The notes: generated from the letters alone by a model not told the origin. Shown: positions 1-14,610, counted from the stretch's first letter. The stretch: 64,000 nt of DNA from Eledone cirrhosa (GCA_964016885.1 OZ024740.1:343480001-343544000), one strand, 5' to 3'. Program-made: numbers and translations.

Positions 1-171
1 TGAATGTGTGTGCAGGCGTGTGCAGGCGTGTGTGATGTATAATATGTGTATATATTTTAAGTTGCCCAGTAACGTTGCTGATTACTGGAGGTGGTATCAA
101 TATGAGCACTCTAAGCTCAAGCAGAGTGCATATATCAAGTTTAACACGACGTACTTGGAGTATTTTATTTT

Positions 172-371
172 ATCCTCGACCGTTACGAACGTTTTGTAGA
201 TGATTCGATCAAGATCCGTATGGATGCGATGGACCTGACTCCTGTATCGATCTGTTCATCAGATATAGTGATTACCATGTCTAATGAACAGATCGGTACT
301 CGAATCAGTTGCATCGCATCCTAACAGACTTTGAGCCAATTTTCAGAGAAACGTACGTAACGGTCGAGGAT
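172..371. mobile_element. ~200-bp imperfect fold-back element (MITE-like)
   Basis: Ends ATCCTCGACCGTTACG / CGTAACGGTCGAGGAT are reverse complements. Internal arms also pair (GGATGCGATG/CATCGCATCC; GATCTGTTCAT/ATGAACAGATC). Confidence 0.7.
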
Positions 372-432
372 TAATATAAACGTTTAAATTGAAAATTCCT
401 CATGTTAAACTTAATGCACACAGAAACACGCG

Positions 433-523
<91 letters not shown>

Positions 524-525
<2 letters not shown>

Positions 526-604
526 GAGTGTCCCCCCCAAAAATGTATACATACTTCAACAGTATTATAATCAAAGTGTGTATCCATTTTGGGGGGACAC
601 CCTG
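524..604. mobile_element. Tc1/mariner-type MITE (CAGGGTG TIR family), copy 1
   Basis: TAGAGTGTCCCCCCCAAAAATG ... CATTTTGGGGGGACACCCTG inverted ends flanked by TA. Homologous to 16491-16591. Confidence 0.75.
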
Positions 605-1918
605 TATATATACACACACATATCTATCCATCTACGCGACTGCATGTGTATACATGCTATACGAATAGGTTCTTTGAGCTATTACGAAAACATTTCGTCC
701 GTTGCAGAAAGATTACGGTTTTACTAGCAAAAACGTTACCAAGATTTCCGACACCTCTACCCCTAATACTGCAGAAATGATTAGATATGCCAAGCAATAT
801 AATTTGAACCCATCTCCAAACATCCCATCCCCCAAATTTGCAATTGGATTAATCACAGCAAGTGACCTTAGAATCAACTTGCTTATTTAGGAATATCTTA
901 TTTTATACAACGGAAGAAACCAATAACTTATCTAAAGCTTACACATACCCATACAATCCTTATCCCCCAAAATTTACAACACTTCGCTCTCCAAGTATTT
1001 TCTATCTTGAAAAATCACAGCGCACAACTTAAAACAGAAAATCTTATTCTGAACCAAAGCATACACCGCCAGGACTGAACACAGCCTATTTCTTCGAGAG
1101 AAAGAGGGAGAGAGATAGGGAGAGAGAGATTACAAGAGAGAAAGAGTTAGGTAGAGACAAAGCAATTGAGAGTTACAGATAGGAAGTGAGAAAGAGATGG
1201 ATTGGAAGAATCAACCTCAGTACTTCACTGGTACTTTATTTTATCGACCGCAAAAAAATGAAAGTTGCTTTCGGTGGGATCTGAATTGAGAGAGCCCAGA
1301 GAGCTGGAACGATTACCAGAAAGCATGTTATCCGACGTTCTAACGACTCCACCAATTCGTTGCCTATATACACTATCGATGAGCACAATATTATATAGGA
1401 TGACACAAAAGTTGAACAGTTATAATACAATTCATTGTAACTTAACACTTAGTACAATTTTCTATATAACATTTTCATTTCATTCTCTTCCTATCCACAT
1501 TCCTCTCCAAATAGATAGAGAACACATATTTCTCCTACGCTACACCTTATTTTCAAATGTCAAATTTTAAACGACATATTTTAATATTATTACATCTGTG
1601 TCAACACTATTAATTATTACAATATTAAACATTTTTATGTTTCTTTAATTTTTCTTTTGCAGCATTTCTTCATATTTATAATGTTTTCCACTAAATTAAC
1701 ATTCTAAACAATGTTTCGAAAGTACCAAAATGAGATAATAATCACACGTTTGTCAACAGAGATATCAATAAATTTATTTCAATCTTCTGTAAGCTAGCAT
1801 TGAGTTCTTATATCTCGTTTGTGGTCTCATTTTCCCCAACGCCCATAACCCTATACGCACAGACACAATACACAGACACATATACACACACATATACACA
1901 CACATATATACACACAAG

Positions 1919-1952
<34 letters not shown>

Positions 1953-2344
1953 AGTATACACAGACACACACACCAATATACACACACACATATACACACA
2001 CAAGTATACACAGACACACACATATACACACACAAGTATACACACACACACACACACACTCAAGTATACACACACACACATATATATATATGAGGAAAAA
2101 GCGCGTGTATGTGTAAGGGAGAGATAGATAGATAGAGAGAGAGAGGGAGAGAGAGTCAGACAGAGGCAGGGAGATATAGAGAGAGATTTGCAAAAATGCA
2201 AAAACGTACACCTATGTATTTTGCAGCCCCGAGTCCTATAACGACCATCTCAAAAGAACATACAGTAGTATCATAATCTTTTGTCTCTTTTACTTCCTTT
2301 CATCTTTCTGCTTTGTATTTTCCGTTTTTTTTTAATCCTTCCCA

Positions 2345-2432
<88 letters not shown>

Positions 2433-3244
2433 GTATCTATTTCTTTTGTGACACTTTCCCCTCACGTTATATTCTTTTATATCATATATTCGGTACATTA
2501 TAGTAATACGACTATTGAAAAAAGAACATGTTGGATTTTGTTACCGACTTTTTACATATATATTTTTTTCATGGGTTCTTTGCATCTTTCTCGTATTTTT
2601 TAAATAGCATTTGAAAAAAAATTCCATATCGATGAGTTTATTTTCTTTTCATGTATCCTTTTTATTTTAGTTCTTCATACTTCAATCATTCTTTAGTAGA
2701 TACTTTTTCTTCTGCCAAAGAAATGTTTTTCCCCATATGACTATATATCTGTAATACATACATCTATATAACGACGAATCCATCAATATATGTATATATT
2801 TCTCAGCCACCTTTTTTTCCCTAGCATACCATCCATCAGTTCACTTGTCCAACAATCCCTTCAGCAATCCACCTAGTCAGAGACCTAGCTGGATAACCAA
2901 CCAGATAGCTAACAATCTCAAGCTTCAAACACATCAATTCAGAGAAGAAACACAGCAACGAATCATTCAATGAGCCATCAATATTCTTTGTCTTCCTTTT
3001 AAATTGTGTGACCATAGAGTTACACCAGCTCACACATATTTAGATAGGTACGCTTAGAGAGCACCACAGACACACAAACTCACGTATGTACACACACATA
3101 CACATACACATACACATACACAAGCATGTCTTCCTTTTAAATTTTATGGCCATAGAGTTGCACTAGCTCCCACATATTTAGATAAGGAAGCTTACATGCA
3201 CCACATACGCATACACACAACACACGCACACACACATACACAAA

Positions 3245-3339
<95 letters not shown>

Positions 3340-4035
3340 ACACACTTGTATACATGCACCTCTTAACAGACACATTCACATAAGCAGACATTTATATATA
3401 CGGTCGCATTTATGGCTGTGTAGTTTAGAAATTCGCTCTATAACTACGTTTTTACGGGTTCTATCACACTGCCCGGCACATTATACTAGAGTTCTTTTTT
3501 ATTATTTCCATAGCATGAAAAATAACAATATGAGGTGAGTTGAATTTGTAGACAGAAACCCTGCGGAATCCCGTTATATATACGCACACATAGACTAAGA
3601 CGAACTCATTTAATATGTCCATTTTTTAAAAGATGACAATGTAATTTGATGGATATTTGAGTATTATTTCTAGCTGATCGAGTGATCACGTAGAAGTGTC
3701 TTCATTTGTTTGACGTGGGCGCACAATAGGCCCATGAACTACAGGTTTAGAATGTTGGCGAATGAATATTCAAACAAAGGCTGTATCATTCTACGCTTGT
3801 AGGTCATGCATGTGTTATATGGAGAGTTAACATGGTATAAACAACATCACTACCACTCGCACAAAAGAGTTCGAATAATCGAAGAAGTGATTACACTGAG
3901 TGACTATATGCACACAGTGTTAAACAGGTGATGTGCAGAAGGAAATTTTGAAAGAATTCATATATGTTTTGTCAGCCCAAATAGAAGTTGTAAGCAAAAT
4001 GAATCAAGACATGCTTTACTTTTATTATTAGAAGG

Positions 4036-4229
4036 GCGGTGAGGGCGGTGGATTGGAGGTATCGGTAGAGGGTCGAACGCCATGCTTTTCAGCAAAGAGT
4101 TACGGCCCTTTATGATCTGAGTTCAAATCCCGCCGAGGTTAACTTTGCCTTTCATCCTTACGGGGTTGATAAAATAAAGTACCAGTAATGTACTGGGTAT
4201 TTGCTGGTCTTGTGCCAAAAGTAGAAACA
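4036..4229 (+). mobile_element. tRNA-derived SINE (dominant family), full length with target-site duplication
   Basis: B-box GAGTTCAAATCC and core GCCTTTCATCCTTACGGGGTTGATAAAATAAAGTACCAG. 12-bp direct repeat ATTATTAGAAGG at 4024-4035 and 4230-4241. More than 10 homologous copies in the window. Confidence 0.9.
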
Positions 4230-5788
4230 ATTATTAGAAGGTCTCCTTATAGATTCATCTTAGAAGTGATATTTAGAAAGATTCTGTAAAGTTAGTTAAC
4301 AATATTTTCGTAATGGACGAGAAAGCAAATTACGAGGCGAAAGAGAGCTTGTAAACCGCTCAATGCAGGAAGTCATTCTCTGCATTTATAATGGTCATTT
4401 TACAGTCGTTGGAGTGGTGAGCTTCAAATTCGGTAAAGATAAGTGATTTGTTTAAGGTGTTGTAAAATGTTCTTCAGTCGTTCAGTAACGACACAATTAT
4501 GAGTAAGTTACATGATTGTGAGCTTCATTTCTTGTTTGTTTAACTCCAATTCACTCTTCATTCACTAAATATATGATCAAAGTAAAGAACAACATGTCAC
4601 ATTTAACAGAAGATGATGAAAAACAGCGAGTCGTTGGTTACATATCGACGATCAAAGTTGATACTTTCTTTGTTAATAGTGCTTGGCGTGTTGCTAATAT
4701 TTAAGTCGGCCGAACGATCATATCGCGACTATCATTTACTACTGAGATTTGGACATATAAGGATGTGGAGAGACATACCAAAGTTGATAACATTGGACAT
4801 TTGTTTACCTGTCTTAGATAGGTCAAGAATGAAGTGTAATAGTGCTACCCCTTTCCCATGGTAATTATTCCAATTCAATAAATACGCCTTTCCGTTTTTA
4901 GACTCATACATTTGAGGCTGTGAATTGAAGGTAGAAAAAAGACGATCCTCAGTTTTGAGTGTTTGTGTGAATGTGTGTGTGGTAGTGTATATGTATAAAT
5001 ATTGCTTATAGTTTTACTGTTTGTCGTTAAAACCATAAAATCACAGCCAAGAGTATATAACTGTGCAAAAATAGAACGGGTTGAGTGAGTGGGTGAGAAA
5101 CACAGACGGAGATAGCGGGAGAGAGAGAGAGGGAGAGAGAGAGAGGGAGAGAGAGAGAGGGAGAGAGAGAGAGGGAGAGAGAGAGAGGGAGAGAGAGAGA
5201 GGGAGAGAGAGGGAGAGAGAGAGAGGGAGAGAGAGAGAGAGAGAGAAAGCAAGAGAAAGTCTAAGATATATAGACAGAGAGAGGCGTACAGAAAGAGAGA
5301 GAAAATATGGAAAGAGACAGAGATAGAGAGCGTAGAAATAAGTTTTAAGCAAGTTCTGTTACACAATCCAGTGGGGGCAATTTTTCTTGATGTACTTCAC
5401 CGTTGATGTTAGAGAAAGGAATGCACATCACGCAATCTCAATATGTTCTCGGCAGTAAATCTGAGAGGTTATGTGTAAAAAGTTCAATATCTCTTCTGAA
5501 TTGCTTTACTTAAGCAGGATTAGAAAACAGCAGAGACGAACGAAGAGCAGTTCAATACGTGTTTGTTTTTAGTGTGCCCAGGTGTATATGCAGGTGTTAT
5601 AAATCAACGTGAAAAGCGCTCGTTTCACTTATCATATTTTTATACACTTTTTGGAGATATGTCTCACTCGAATAACCTTTCTGATATTCCCTCTTTATTT
5701 CGCATTCTCTCTATTTCTCGCGATCTATCTATCCATCTATCCATCTATCCATCTAGTCGATTTACTCACCCTAATCTATCTACCTTTC

Positions 5789-5924
<136 letters not shown>

Positions 5925-5926
5925 TT

Positions 5927-5979
<53 letters not shown>

Positions 5980-6345
5980 GTCTATCTATCTATCTAGCTC
6001 ATCCTTCTGCACCTTTTTTGTATCCTTGTCTATAGTAGCAGCCAAGAAATTAAATATCTAAAGCATAGGATGACCGCTCTGCTACTTTTGGTTCAAGTCA
6101 AAGCTGTGTAAACACGTTTCTTGAGTTAATCTTCTTGGTAAACTGACCACTCACAGTGAATGAATGTATAGAAATGACCGTGTGTTGTAGCAGCGAATTA
6201 AATCAACAACAACAATGACAAAACACTGGACAGTGAATAAAGCGAGTGCGTTCGATATATATATATATACATACACACATACACACGCATATATATACAC
6301 ACACACATATATGTATATGTGTGTGTGTGTGTCTGTGTGTGTATG

Positions 6346-6391
<46 letters not shown>

Positions 6392-7004
6392 TCTATGTAT
6401 GTACCTATGTATGTATATATGTATATATATATATATATATATATAAGGAAATGCAAAGAAAATCGATACAAACAAAAAGAAAAAGATTTCCTCATTCATT
6501 GTGTATGCTCTTTATGTGTGTCTATGTATGTATGTATGTATGTATGTATGTATGTATGTATGTATGTATGTATGTATGTATGTATGTATGTATGTATGTA
6601 TGTATGTATGTGTGTGTGTGTGTATGTATGTATTTAGAAATATACATACATTCACAGACACATACATACATTCATACATACATATATATGCATATATGTC
6701 TATATATATTTGTGCATATGTATATATATATATGTGTGTGTGTTTGCTAGTTTGTACATGTGAGTGTGTTTGTCCGAGAGGGAGAAAGAAAGCGAGAGAG
6801 AGAGAGAGAGGGGGGGGGGAGGTAGAGAGAGAGAAAGAGAGAGTATATTATATTGTAGTCTGCTGTTTCTGTGGGGTGAAATCCGATTTTGGTCAACGTG
6901 GTCAAACATCTTGTGAGAAACTTGTCGGACAAACACTAATATGACATTGACCTTCTGCTGTGAACTCAAGTAAGTTTACTTAATGAGCTGACATGATTGT
7001 ATAT

Positions 7005-7650
7005 GCATGTATGTGTGTGTATGTATGCGCTTGTGAATATTTGTGTGTGTTTTAAGTGTTTATGTGTGTGTATGTGTATGCGCTTGTGTGTGTCTGTGTG
7101 TGTATGTATGCGCTTGTGTATGTATGTGTGTGTTTTAAGTGTTTGTGTGTGTGCGTGTGTATGTATGCGCTTGTGTGTGTGTCTGTGTGTGTCTGTGTGT
7201 GTATGTATGCGCTTGTGTATGTCTGTGTGTGTTTTAAGTGTTTATGTGTGTGTGTGTGTATGTATGCGCTTGTGTATATCTGTGTGTGTTTTAAGTGTTT
7301 ATGTGTGTGTGTGTGTATGTATGCGCTTGTGTGTGTTTTAAGTGTTTGTGTGTGCGCGTCTGTATGTACACGCTTGTGTGTGTCTGTGTGTATATGTATG
7401 CGCTTGCGTATGTCTGTGTGAGTTTTAAGTGTTTATGTGTGTGAGTCCATATGTATGCGCTTGTGTGTGTCTGTGTGTGAATGTATGCGCTTGTGTATAT
7501 CTGTGTGTGTTTTAAGTGTTAGTGTGTGTGCGTCTGTATGTATGAGCCTGTGTATGTCTGTGTGTGTTTTAAGTGTGTGTGTGTGCGTCTGTATGTACGC
7601 GCTTGTGTGTGTCTGTGTGTGTTTTAAGTGTTTGTGTGTGTTGTGTGTGT
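7005..7650. repeat. degenerate (TG)-based minisatellite
   Basis: Recurring GTATGTATGCGCTTGTG and GTGTTTTAAGTGTT motifs embedded in TG repeats. Confidence 0.85.
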
Positions 7651-7812
7651 GAGTGTCTAGGATGAGTAAATTTGTATGTATTTGTATTTGTGTTTGTGCA
7701 TGCGGATATATGTGTTTGTTCATTGCTAAATTCATAAAAGTGCTGCGAAAAGAATATAAAGTGAATAAGAAAGAGTCAGATCAAGAGAAAGAGAAAGAGA
7801 GAGAGAGAGCGA

Positions 7813-7889
<77 letters not shown>

Positions 7890-7944
7890 TGTGCGTGTAT
7901 GCAAAGTTGTATAGAATATGTATGTGTAGATGTGTGATTATCTA

Positions 7945-8005
<61 letters not shown>

Positions 8006-8037
8006 AATAACAAAGAACGCTTATAGCATATGCATAT

Positions 8038-8095
8038 CTTTACTTGCTAACATTGTTTCATCCGCACTATAAGTGGGACTCATCAGAGCATAAAG
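8038..8095 (-). ncRNA. type I hammerhead ribozyme at the 3' end of PLE-1
   Basis: Minus strand reads CUUUAUGCU CUGAUGA GUCC..GGAU GAAA C AAU G U U / AGCA(AG)UAAAG. Confidence 0.85.
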
Positions 8096-8639
8096 GTTAA
8101 TTACATACCATACAAACAATAACAAATCCAAGAGATTGAAGAATGAAAGGTAATAATAGACGATAAAGGATAAGAATAAAAATAAAAGTAAAAATAAAAA
8201 TAAGGGGTGCTATCAGTCACAGTTGGGCGGGGTGCTGTCAACATATAGTTACATACAAGCATACACATGGATAAGAGAACAGACAAGAGTAGACACATGG
8301 ATAAGAGAACAGACAAGAGTAGATAAGATAATGGGATTAGGTAAGAGTAGGTAAAAAATAGGTAAAAAATAGGTGAAAAACAGACTTATAATATATATAA
8401 ATAAGAAAATATAAAGAAATACAAAGAAATACATAACAAACTTACATATAAAATATAGGGTAAGGAATGAGATAAAATAATATAAAATTAAAATTAAAAA
8501 TTATATACATAGAACATAATATAATATAATCGTAAATTAAGATAAAATAAGGTAAACTAAAATCAAATAACATAGACTAAATTAAAATAATATAATATAA
8601 GATATAATTAAATGTATAATTAAATGTAATTAAATGTAA

Positions 8640-8679
<40 letters not shown>

Positions 8680-10252
8680 AAATTAAATAAATAAATAAAA
8701 TTTAAATTTAAATTTTAAAATTAAAATTAAAATTTACATTTAAATAAATAAATAAATAAATAAATGGAGTCAAGTAAGTAAATAAATAAAATTAGATAAC
8801 ATGAAATGAAATAAAATAAAATGAAATAAAGTAAATTGAGATAAGATATATATTTTTTTAAAATATATCTCTTGAATATATCAGGGGCCCACGAAGGCAC
8901 TAAGTGTCACAGTTATGTGTATCACTTGACCAATTTTTTAAAATATATTTCTTGAAAACATCAGGGGCCCACGAAGGCACTAAGTGTCACAGTCACCAGT
9001 ATCACTTGACCATTGCAAGGCAATGGAGGCGTCCCAGGTTGGGCAGTCTCGAAAGTTCACTCGAAAGTCATGGGTGTGCATTCACACAGTTGAGCGGTGG
9101 GGTAATCACAAACCGGTTCACACACGGGCAGGAGTCCAATGGTCAGAGAGAGGTGCATCGAAGGAGGTAGAAGAATTCACGTGCATTAGCAAGCGAGGTG
9201 CAGGCGGGTTAAAGCAAGCAGACACAGTTGTAGCGCATACAAAATATATATAAAAAGACAGAAGATATATAAAAAATAGCTTCAAGAGCCATTAAGTCAC
9301 CGCATTGGGACATCACAAGATTGTACACATCAATATGTTCAGCACGTATATGCACGTATACACACCACATGCATATGCAGAGACGGTATACATATATATA
9401 TATATATATTTTTTTATATATACAGACACATATAACCACCTACACCCATACACATATAAATGTATACACGGACACACACGCACACACACTCAGCGTAGGA
9501 CACCCGGGTCAAAGCCGATATTAAACACCGAAATACCACATTAGACCAGACCCACCACCACAGGTAATACATTCAAAACAAATACATACGATGAGATGTA
9601 GTAAAATAAAGTTGAAATCCTACGGAGATATTCATGTCTGCACGTGCCATTGACCGATTCGAGTGTACACAGACCGTTAGTAACTACGGAGGGCTATCGG
9701 GGCCAAAACGTTACTTTCGGGATCATAAAAACGACCGTCAATATATGGAAGGCCGATCGTGCTAGAAAGACTACAACCCCGGGTAAGAGCTCCCAGAGGT
9801 CAGCCTGTAGATCTTGAACCACAGAATATGAGGGCAACACGTATATGCGCCACGTATCCACTGCTTACGGCGGGATAGCACGGGTCCGCCCACAGTTACA
9901 GGCTAAATTTCCACTAGTGCAGCCTAAATCGCAGTACACGCTTTACATAAATACATTACATCACAACTCATGCGCATACAGAGGTACAGATCAACAAGAT
10001 ATACGTCAGGATAGGTCCACCAATGAACTAATGGTGGGTAGGCCAGCGTGGATGGGTTACATCCACTGTGCCAAACAGGGGTGCTTATTAACATACACTC
10101 CCCTGCACACCCCAATATCAAGATCAATATCCTCCCACAGGCATACGTATACATTCACCGACTCGTATACATAGACGACCAACAATAGGAGACAGTTACA
10201 CACAGTCAGAGACAGTTACACAAGACAGCCCAACTTGAGGAATAAGGAAGTG

Positions 10253-10681
10253 CTAGCTAACAGGTTTAAAGTAGAAGAAAGAGCTTAATATTCGGTGGGG
10301 GCAAGAGGAAAAAATTTCAGACTTTCTATTTAGTAGAGGGCATTTAGCAAATATAATAGAGTGGGATTCGGCAAGGCACAGGTTACATACTCTACTATGA
10401 GGAGTATATGGATGGGATTTAGCAACCTGCCGCCAAGTAAGTGTGTAAGGTGTTCGTGCATTTTTTAAATTATGGACGTACGCTGCCAAGGAGGTGGAGT
10501 TCCTCAGTTTATTATGTCTAAAAGTGCATTGATGAGAGTTAAACCTGGTCTTAAAGGGGGTGGAAGTTGATCCTATATAGGTCCTAGTGGACGCCGTAGT
10601 TACCACATCACACGCATAAACTATGTTTCTAACAAGGCAGAAACCATTCAGGGGGCAGCCTGAAGCCCTTCTACAGTTACA
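10253..10681 (-). pseudogene. PLE GIY-YIG endonuclease domain (5'-truncated)
   Basis: Open frame extends upstream of the tracked ORF: CNCRRASGCPLNGFCLVRNIVYACDV..TYIGSTSTPFKTRFNSH..CNLCLAE..LLNRKSE. Homologous to the C-terminus of ORF 25512-26846. Confidence 0.9.
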
Positions 10682-10739
10682 CTTTATGCTCTGATGAGTC
10701 CCACTTATAGTGCGGATGAAACAATGTTAGCAAGTAAAG
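10682..10739 (+). ncRNA. type I hammerhead ribozyme (inverted pLTR copy of PLE-1)
   Basis: CTGATGA 10691-10697; stem II GTCC/GGAT; GAAA 10718-10721; predicted cut after 10728 (GUU); stem I TGCT/AGCA plus CTTTA/TAAAG. Confidence 0.85.
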
Positions 10740-10974
10740 ATATGCATATGCTATAAGCGTTCTTTGTTATTTATTATATTACGGCTCTGTCCTCAGACAT
10801 TGAGCTAACCTCATACTGCCTGCTGGATAAGTGGAGTGTTATACACCCCTGATCCTTTCCCTAGCATACTATATATATATATATGTATATATGTATGTAT
10901 ATATGTATTTATACACATACATGTGGTGCTGGTAACATGGTGCTACTGGTAACATGTATCCCAGTACAACCTGT

Positions 10975-11215
10975 CTCATGGTCGGGTCGTTGGCGACTAA
11001 ACTGGCAACCCCACCAAGGTTTCTTGGTGAGGAGGGTGACTTTGGACATCCTGCAGGACTAAAAACAAAACCTGTCAAATGGCAAAGGAGCTCTTAAGAG
11101 TCAATGGCCATCCAAAATCACCGGGAGAGATGATCCCTTAGCCTTTGTCAAGGCAGAATTCTAGGAGAAGGAAAACTCTGATATAACACCTGCAACCCTG
11201 ATGGTATCCAATGAT
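10975..11215 (+). repeat. interspersed repeat, possibly LINE (RTE) 5' region; second copy at ~59800-60105 (-)
   Basis: TCGGGTCGTTGGCGACTAAACTGGCAACC..AAGAGTCAATGGCCATCCAAAA matches the reverse complement of 59983-60106. The RTE assignment is an inference. Confidence 0.6.
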
Positions 11216-11641
11216 GTTGACTTGTTCTTCTTTTTGGTAAATATCATCTTGGTTAAGAGAGTGGGACTGGCTTTGTGCAGTGCCTTTGCTCACTATAAAA
11301 GCTTCACGACACAGGCATTGCTTTATATTTGGAGATCTCTCTGCGCTTGTCGTCACATGGTACCATGGGCCCAGCACTATGTGTCAATAATTGTCAGAGG
11401 TGTAGTGTTTGTACCAGAGTTTTCAACTCGCTGGCTGGACTAAAAAGTCACACTTGTTTAGCGCATCGGTAGGGGTTCTCCTACATGGATATAAAGTAGT
11501 GGCCGTACTCGAAAACGTGTTGGCAGCCACCATATACACACATATATATATGTATATATGAATATATAAATATATATATTTATATATATATACATATATA
11601 TATACACGTATATATATATATATATATGTATTTTTATATAT

Positions 11642-11673
<32 letters not shown>

Positions 11674-11995
11674 GTGTGTGAGTGCGTGTGTGTGTGTGTG
11701 CCAGTATCAATGTATGTAGTCGTTTCCATGGTACAACGTTTGTATTGATATCACACAGGAGCTCTATGCATGTTCGTCTATTTTAATATGTGTGCCATTC
11801 GTGTGGCATGCGTACATCTACACGTACGTGCGTATCTGTGTGTGATGTGTATGAGTGTACGTGTAGTTTTATTGTATACATTCATGAACCAGGTAAGCCA
11901 CATGGCATGTATCTACTGTGTGACTGTCACAGCTGATTCTGAAGCTTGCATGTATGGGTTGCAGCATATTGAATTAGTACTACACACACATACAC

Positions 11996-12028
<33 letters not shown>

Positions 12029-12098
12029 TGTATGTATGTATGTATGTATGTATGTATGTATGTATGTATGTATGTATGTATGTATGTATATGTATATA

Positions 12099-12147
<49 letters not shown>

Positions 12148-12196
12148 GTATATATATATATACATATATATATGTATATATATATATATATATCTA

Positions 12197-12261
<65 letters not shown>

Positions 12262-12301
12262 ACATATATGTATATATATATGTGTGTATATATGAATATA
12301 C

Positions 12302-12365
<64 letters not shown>

Positions 12366-13014
12366 GAGGGAGGAGGAGAGAGAAATAGAGAGAGAAAGAG
12401 AGATAGATAGATAGACAGATTTAGATAGAGAGAGAGGGGGGGAGAAAGAGAGAGAGAAATATCGATAGATAGATAGAGATAGAGATAGAGATAGAGAGAG
12501 AGAGAGAGAGAGTAACTATGTGTGTGTGTAACTATATGTAAATAGTAGAAGACGATGATGATGATGATGTAGAAGAAAAACAATATGAAGTAGAGGAACA
12601 ATGATAACAATCGGAGGGTTGTAGCTGGAATGATGCCCATAGCCAAGTGAATGCCGTAATCAATCGACGTTATATATATTCAGAGCATCATCCAACAAAT
12701 GACATTTTGTTTCTCACGTTAAGCGAAGATTCTCTTTGTCTATGGCCAAGGCACTATATTAACTACATATGAGGGAGTATACCCTTGGCCAGTATATTGA
12801 GCTAACTATATAAGAACCAATGTACGGCAAAAATAATGAATATAAAATAAAACTAGTTATATATAGAGGCGAGTATTTTTTACCAATATACTGATTAGCT
12901 GCAAGTAGTGGCTATGTATACGGTTAACACTCTAGACTAGCTCTATATATCTGTTATGTCTATGGTGATATTTTATATGTTAGATTTTTGTCGGTTTTAA
13001 CGATGCTTATTCAG

Positions 13015-13517
13015 ATATTCGATCAACTGAGCTCGTAAACTAAAGTGTAGCCGAGTATTCAGACGCCTGTACACTTAACGTAGTCCCCAAGCTGAATCAA
13101 AGTGACCAAATATGTAACTAGACTAAACCTTTCGTTACATGTAAATTTCATCCGACGGCCTTCTACACAGTGTCCGGTTACCCACAAGGCTAAGATCAAC
13201 CCAAGGCAATGGCAAGGACACTTGCTCAACATACCAGAGCCTCTTCATTTAGTAATACAATTCACCCGACGAGCTTCCACACAGTTTTCGTCTATCTAGG
13301 TTCACTCACAAGGCTTGCATCAACCCGAGGTTTGCATCAACCAGAGGCTTGCATCAATCAGAAGCTTGCATCACCCAGAAGCTTGCATCAACCAGAGGCT
13401 TTCATCAACCCGAGGTTAAGGTAAAGTCACTTCTACAAGACGTCAAGCAGTGGTATCGAACCCGAGACCTTATGGTTGGGAAATGAACCTCTTAACCATT
13501 CAGCTATGTCTGCGCTT
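13015..13517 (-). mobile_element. second tRNA-derived SINE family with internal 17-bp tandem repeat
   Basis: Minus-strand tRNA-like head AGCTGAATGGTTAAG..GGGTTCGATACC (13450-13515). About 6 copies of AGGCTTGCATCAACCNG at 13311-13415. Confidence 0.65.
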
Positions 13518-14235
13518 ACATGGTCAATACTATAGATATATCATACTAATAGATACCTTCAAATGCACTACATATATTACCACATCTTTAATAAAACCCA
13601 GCCGAGATTTCCTATTTCACCACTCTTAATCTTATCCTAAATATAGCTCCTAATATAATCAAGTTAAACAAAACTAGAGATGCCATTGCTTTCAGCAACA
13701 GCAAGCGAACACTTTGAAATTATTGCACTTTTTATATGAACTTTTTGACAAAAGACATAATGTATAAATGTGGCGTTAGATACCATAGTTTCAAGCAAGT
13801 CGTTTTATGAAGTTTCTAGCTAAATAGTTCAAACGTAGATAGTATCAATACACGAAGAGGAATTCACCACCACTGTCTTACATCTGCTGTCAAGAAAATA
13901 CGTACTAGGTATTTATTCGCGAACAGTTTAAACTAATATACACATGACAAATTTATATAACAATCTTAGTGCAATAAATCGTTATTTATATATATGCAGT
14001 AATAGAATTTGATTGTAGATATTTATTTAAAAAAGCAGTGGATAGTGAAGATTTCAGTTTAGAGAGTTATGCTTATTTACTGCTTGGTATACTTCACATT
14101 TAAAACTTTACAACGTCATAACTCAGCCTTTTCAACCGATATTGGTTATGAATCTGTCAAGTTTTAAATTTGTAATATGAATATAAAAAATATCAATATC
14201 AATATATCAAAATCAATATATATATATATATATAT

Positions 14236-14281
<46 letters not shown>

Positions 14282-14442
14282 AAAATATATGTGCGAAATA
14301 TTTATTTTGAAACCATTTCTGGATAAATAATTTTTAGTTTTAATAGTAATAATTTTGTTTTGATTAATAAAATCTAGAATACTATTGCGTATTGATGTAT
14401 TTGCCCCCCTCTCTCTTCGTGTGTATATATATATATATCCTG

Positions 14443-14610
14443 ATGGATTCAGTTTGAAACTGGTTAGACCATTTCTCAACAGAACACTCGCTATTTGGTG
14501 TAGTAGAGTATGGTTATATTATAAAGAGTCGGAACCAGACGGCTGAGATCTAGTTCAAAACTAGCTGTTGAAACGGCAAGCGCTCAGGCGTCGAGTCCCA
14601 ACTCTTTATC
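14443..14610 (+). repeat. palindrome-containing interspersed repeat family (also ~19098-19190, 21710-21775, 46248-46420, 56090-56282)
   Basis: Shared ACTAGCTGTTGAAACG, GACGGCTGAG and TGGTGAGTAATGGTCTAAC motifs. Internal inverted arms AAAGAGTCGG..CCAACTCTTT. Confidence 0.7.

Larger units (their letters stand above)
8001..10869 (-). mobile_element. Penelope-like retroelement PLE-1, 5'-truncated, with inverted pseudo-LTR copy
   Basis: GIY-YIG fragment at 10253-10681 (-). 8001-8095 is the exact reverse complement of 10682-10776 and contains an HHR. Bounded by (TA)n on both sides. Confidence 0.88.

Noticed and set aside
1703-1762. HHR-like motif on the minus strand (CUGUUGA..GAAACAUUGUU)
   Set aside because: Core substitution and poor stem II. 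At most a decayed copy, so not called as a feature.
2440-3050. Possible PLE-1-related segment (shares TTCCCTAGCATAC and GCTGGATAA with 10820-10869)
   Set aside because: The matches are too short to establish homology without alignment statistics.
13311-13415. CRISPR-like appearance of 17-bp repeats (also the 37-bp repeats at 61505-61669)
   Set aside because: The repeats are directly adjacent with no unique spacers, there are no cas genes, and the context is eukaryotic.
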